Below are positions 29,091 to 32,000 of a stretch of DNA of 32,000 bases, in pieces. The position numbers and the translations under genes are program-made. The notes under the pieces are model-generated. The model made no database searches, was not told the origin of the DNA, and saw nothing but the letters and a program-made list of their open reading frames with translations. This DNA comes from Vibrio vulnificus CMCP6 (GTDB taxonomy: Bacteria > Pseudomonadota > Gammaproteobacteria > Enterobacterales > Vibrionaceae). The stretch's first letter is position 1; every line of letters begins with the position of its first letter. The stretch is from contig NC_004459.3 in NCBI RefSeq assembly GCF_000039765.1, positions 870,001-902,000 on the forward strand, in the 5' to 3' direction.

Positions 29091-30500
29091 ATGTCAGTAG
29101 AAAACGTTTTATCGCTGATCCAAGAAAACGAAGTTAAGTTTGTTGACCTGCGTTTTACCGATACTAAAGGTAAAGAGCAGCACATCTCTATTCCTTCTCA
29201 CCAAATCGATGCTGACTTCTTCGAAGACGGTAAAATGTTCGATGGTTCGTCTGTTGCTGGCTGGAAAGGTATTAACGAATCAGACATGGTGATGATGCCT
29301 GACGCATCTTCAGCTGTTCTAGACCCATTTACTGAAGAAGCAACGCTAAACATCCGTTGTGACATCCTAGAACCTGCAACGATGCAAGGTTACGACCGTG
29401 ACCCACGCTCTATCGCGAAACGCGCTGAAGAGTACATGCGCTCTACTGGTCTTGCAGACACCGTTCTAGTTGGTCCAGAGCCAGAGTTCTTCCTGTTTGA
29501 CGATGTAAAATTCGCCACTGACATGTCGGGGTCTTTCTTCAAGATCGACGACGTAGAAGCGGCATGGAACACAGGTTCTGACTACGAAAACGGTAACAAA
29601 GGTCACCGTCCAGGCGTGAAGGGTGGTTACTTCCCTGTAGCTCCAGTGGATTCTTCACAAGACCTACGCTCGGCAATGTGTCTAGTGATGGAAGAGATGG
29701 GCCTTGTTGTTGAAGCGCACCACCATGAAGTAGCGACAGCGGGTCAAAACGAGATCGCAACTCGCTTTAACACACTAACGACTAAAGCAGACGAGATCCA
29801 AATCTACAAGTACGTGGTACACAACGTTGCACACGCATTTGGTAAAACAGCAACCTTTATGCCTAAGCCACTCGTCGGCGACAACGGTTCTGGTATGCAC
29901 GTTCACCAATCACTAGCAAAAGATGGCGTGAACCTATTTGCTGGTGACAAGTACGGCGGTCTATCTGAAATGGCGCTTTACTATATCGGCGGCATCATCA
30001 AGCACGCACGTGCACTAAACGCGTTGACTAACCCATCAACCAACTCGTACAAGCGTCTGGTTCCACACTACGAAGCACCAGTTATGCTAGCTTACTCTGC
30101 GCGTAACCGTTCTGCCTCTATCCGTATCCCAGTGGTACCAAGCCCGAAAGCGCGTCGTATCGAAGTTCGCTTCCCAGATCCAGCAGCAAACCCATACCTA
30201 GCGTTTGCAGCCATGCTGATGGCTGGTCTTGACGGTATCAAGAACAAGATCCACCCAGGCGAAGCAATGGACAAAGATCTGTACGATCTACCAGCAGAAG
30301 AAGCGGCAGAGATTCCAAAAGTAGCGGAATCGCTAAAACAAGCGCTAGAGTACCTAGACAACGACCGTGAGTTCCTAACTGCAGGTGGCGTATTCTCTGA
30401 TGATTTCATCGATTCTTACATCGAGCTGAAAACAAAAGAAGTTGAGCGCGTAAACGTTGCGGTTCACCCACTAGAGTTCGAACTATACTACTCAGTATAA
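29091..30500 (+). CDS. glnA: Glutamine synthetase, type I
   Basis: 469 aa. Contains [26 protein letters not shown] and the adenylylation-site context [14 protein letters not shown] is ggagg. Confidence 0.97.
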   Translation: MSVENVLSLIQENEVKFVDLRFTDTKGKEQHISIPSHQIDADFFEDGKMFDGSSVAGWKGINESDMVMMPDASSAVLDPFTEEATLNIRCDILEPATMQGYDRDPRSIAKRAEEYMRSTGLADTVLVGPEPEFFLFDDVKFATDMSGSFFKIDDVEAAWNTGSDYENGNKGHRPGVKGGYFPVAPVDSSQDLRSAMCLVMEEMGLVVEAHHHEVATAGQNEIATRFNTLTTKADEIQIYKYVVHNVAHAFGKTATFMPKPLVGDNGSGMHVHQSLAKDGVNLFAGDKYGGLSEMALYYIGGIIKHARALNALTNPSTNSYKRLVPHYEAPVMLAYSARNRSASIRIPVVPSPKARRIEVRFPDPAANPYLAFAAMLMAGLDGIKNKIHPGEAMDKDLYDLPAEEAAEIPKVAESLKQALEYLDNDREFLTAGGVFSDDFIDSYIELKTKEVERVNVAVHPLEFELYYSV

Positions 30501-30544
30501 TTTGCTCACTATGTAAACTTTGTAACCTTAGTTACATCAATTTT

Positions 30545-30580
30545 AAGGCTCGCCTCGCAGGCGAGCCTTTCTTTTATTTT
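30545..30580 (+). terminator. Rho-independent terminator after glnA
   Basis: aaggctcgcc tcgca ggcgagcctt followed by tcttttatttt. Confidence 0.85.
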
Positions 30581-30697
30581 CCAAATGTAAACCGAGTAAT
30601 AACATAACCTTGCTATAACAAAAACTATATCGGAACCCTGCACTCCGCAGAGGCTTCGTTCTATTAACGTGAACTCGCATCTCTTTGGAGGTGAACA

Positions 30698-31234
30698 ATG
30701 AAATTGCTTTTTGCTCTGGTTCTCTCTTTGAGCGCCCCTTTAGTGTGCGCCCAAACTGTCTACACTTGGGTCGATGACAACGGCGTGCTCCACATGAGCG
30801 ATACCCCCAACAATGGCGCGAAAACCGTCAAACTGCCCGATCTCGAAGCCAGTGCCCCCCCTCCTCAAGTGGAATCAACCCAATCTCTCGATAAACCAGC
30901 AGAGCTGACCAAAGAGAAACCGAAAAGCCAACAGCAAGAGGCGGTACCTCTTGCGTTGACACTGGCGTCTCCCAGCCACGATGCCACGATTCGCAGTAAT
31001 CAAGGGATCATCACCATTCAGGTTCAAACCAACCGTAAGCTGGACATTGGTGAGCAGCTGCAACTGGTGTTTGATGGCAATCGCTACGGTGCTCCACAAA
31101 CCTCAACATTGTGGCAGCTCAAAAACATCGACCGCGGCACGCACATTATTGCCATTCAGGCCGTACGAAGCGGCAAGCTTATTGCATCAACTAGCCCTAT
31201 ATCAGTGCATCTTCATCGCACCAAGATAAAATAG
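30698..31234 (+). CDS. DUF4124-domain secreted protein, function unknown
   Basis: Signal peptide MKLLFALVLSLSAPLVCA/Q followed by the YTWVDDNGVLHMSDTP motif typical of DUF4124. A Pro/Gln-rich linker and a C-terminal domain follow. SD is ggagg. Confidence 0.75.
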   Translation: MKLLFALVLSLSAPLVCAQTVYTWVDDNGVLHMSDTPNNGAKTVKLPDLEASAPPPQVESTQSLDKPAELTKEKPKSQQQEAVPLALTLASPSHDATIRSNQGIITIQVQTNRKLDIGEQLQLVFDGNRYGAPQTSTLWQLKNIDRGTHIIAIQAVRSGKLIASTSPISVHLHRTKIK

Positions 31235-31316
31235 CGGCTTGCAGGCAATATTAAGTAGCTGATAGACGGAAATTCTCCTTTCTCTTGTCTTTGTAATCCG
31301 CCATACTGAATTCATT

Positions 31317-31341
31317 TGCACCAACTTAGTGCAATGCACCA
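31317..31341 (+). promoter_or_regulatory. NtrC operator upstream of ntrB (glnL)
   Basis: TGCACCAactTAGTGCA (31317-31333) has one mismatch to TGCACCA-N3-TGGTGCA. An extra TGCACCA half-site follows immediately at 31335-31341. It lies about 30-50 nt upstream of the ntrB start. Confidence 0.65.
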
Positions 31342-31368
31342 GAAGATAACAAAGACAAGGATGTGAAG

Positions 31369-32000
31369 GTGAATTCCGCTCTCTCAAATACCATACTCAG
31401 CAACATGGTGACTGCGACGCTCATCTTGGATGATGAGCTGCAAATACACCACGCCAATCCTGCGGCAGAGCAATTGTTTTCTCAAAGTGCCAAGCGGATT
31501 GTGCACCACCCACTCTCGCAGTTGATTCAGCATGCGTCGCTCGATCTCGCCTTGCTTTCACAGCCATTACAAAGCGGACAAAGCATTACCGACAGTGACG
31601 TCACTTTCGTGGTGGATGGCAAACCTTTGTTGCTGGAGGTTACAGTCAGCCCGATTTCAATCGAAAGAGAGCTGATGCTCTTAATGGAGATGCGTAAAGT
31701 CGACCAACAGCGCCGAATCACTCAGGAGATGAACCAGCACGCCCAACAACAAGCCGCAAAGCTCTTGGTGCGAGGCCTCGCTCATGAAATCAAAAACCCG
31801 CTAGGAGGTCTACGTGGCGCAGCACAACTGCTGGAAAAAATGCTGCCCGATCCTTCATTAACGGAATACACCCAGATCATTATTGAGCAGGCAGACCGAT
31901 TGCGCGCGTTAGTCGACCGGCTACTGGGCCCACAAAAACCGGGCAAAAAACAACAAACCAACCTTCACCAAGTTCTCGAAAAAGTTCGCCAACTTGTGGA
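31369..32000 (+). CDS. glnL: Nitrogen regulation sensor histidine kinase NtrB/GlnL, N-terminal part (3' end lies outside the window)
   Basis: The frame is open from the in-frame stop at 31327 to the window end, so it is absent from the ORF track. PAS region (LILDDELQIHHANPAAEQLFSQSAKRI) and H-box LVRGLAHEIKNPLGGLRGAAQLL. Start taken at GTG 31369 (AAGGA 7 nt upstream); alternatives are GTG 31363 and ATG 31405. Confidence 0.85.
   Translation, partial: MNSALSNTILSNMVTATLILDDELQIHHANPAAEQLFSQSAKRIVHHPLSQLIQHASLDLALLSQPLQSGQSITDSDVTFVVDGKPLLLEVTVSPISIERELMLLMEMRKVDQQRRITQEMNQHAQQQAAKLLVRGLAHEIKNPLGGLRGAAQLLEKMLPDPSLTEYTQIIIEQADRLRALVDRLLGPQKPGKKQQTNLHQVLEKVRQLV

Noticed and set aside
30581-30697. 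A possible second sigma-54 promoter upstream of the DUF4124 gene (ggaaccctgcact).
   Set aside because: The GG and GC elements are not at the canonical 10-nt separation, so this is not a credible -24/-12 promoter.
1-32000. I searched the whole window for mobile elements, CRISPR arrays, tRNA or rRNA genes, defence or toxin-antitoxin modules and other island hallmarks.
   Set aside because: None was seen. There are no direct-repeat arrays and no integrase, transposase or phage-like ORFs. No cloverleaf-like sequences were apparent by eye. Every intergenic gap longer than 100 bp is accounted for by promoters, terminators or the ERIC element. The window looks like syntenic core genome rather than an accessory region.

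Overview
This window reads as conserved core chromosome of a Vibrio species, and I found no convincing evidence of a novel system. The gene order matches the V. cholerae eps locus, but the protein sequences differ from what I recall of V. cholerae, so I cannot name the species. About 90% of the window is coding.

Gene content, left to right:
- tex (3' part), an ERIC-like repeat, and a 156-aa uncharacterised gene.
- bioH, divergent from comF, then nfuA, nudE and cysQ.
- The complete 12-gene type II secretion operon epsC-D-E-F-G-H-I-J-K-L-M-N on the minus strand (about 11.3 kb).
- Divergent hslR-hslO (Hsp15/Hsp33), then pckA and a large AsmA-like protein.
- The yihY-dtd-yiiD(fabY) cluster.
- A DUF2959 lipoprotein and an orphan AAA_28 P-loop NTPase.
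- typA/bipA, divergent from glnA, then a DUF4124 secreted protein and the 5' part of ntrB/glnL.

Every long ORF is intact and has recognisable family motifs. I found no transposase, integrase, phage gene, CRISPR array, tRNA or rRNA, toxin-antitoxin pair or defence-type gene.

The items worth a second look are modest:
- an ERIC/IRU-type repeat in the tex 3' UTR;
- several conserved proteins of unknown function (the 156-aa protein, AsmA-like, DUF2959, AAA_28, DUF4124);
- very tight translational coupling and non-ATG starts in the eps operon;
- readable regulatory architecture: a sigma-32-like promoter for hslRO, a sigma-54 promoter with NtrC sites for glnA, and an NtrC operator before ntrB.

All functional calls rest on motif and family recognition by eye. 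No database search was run.
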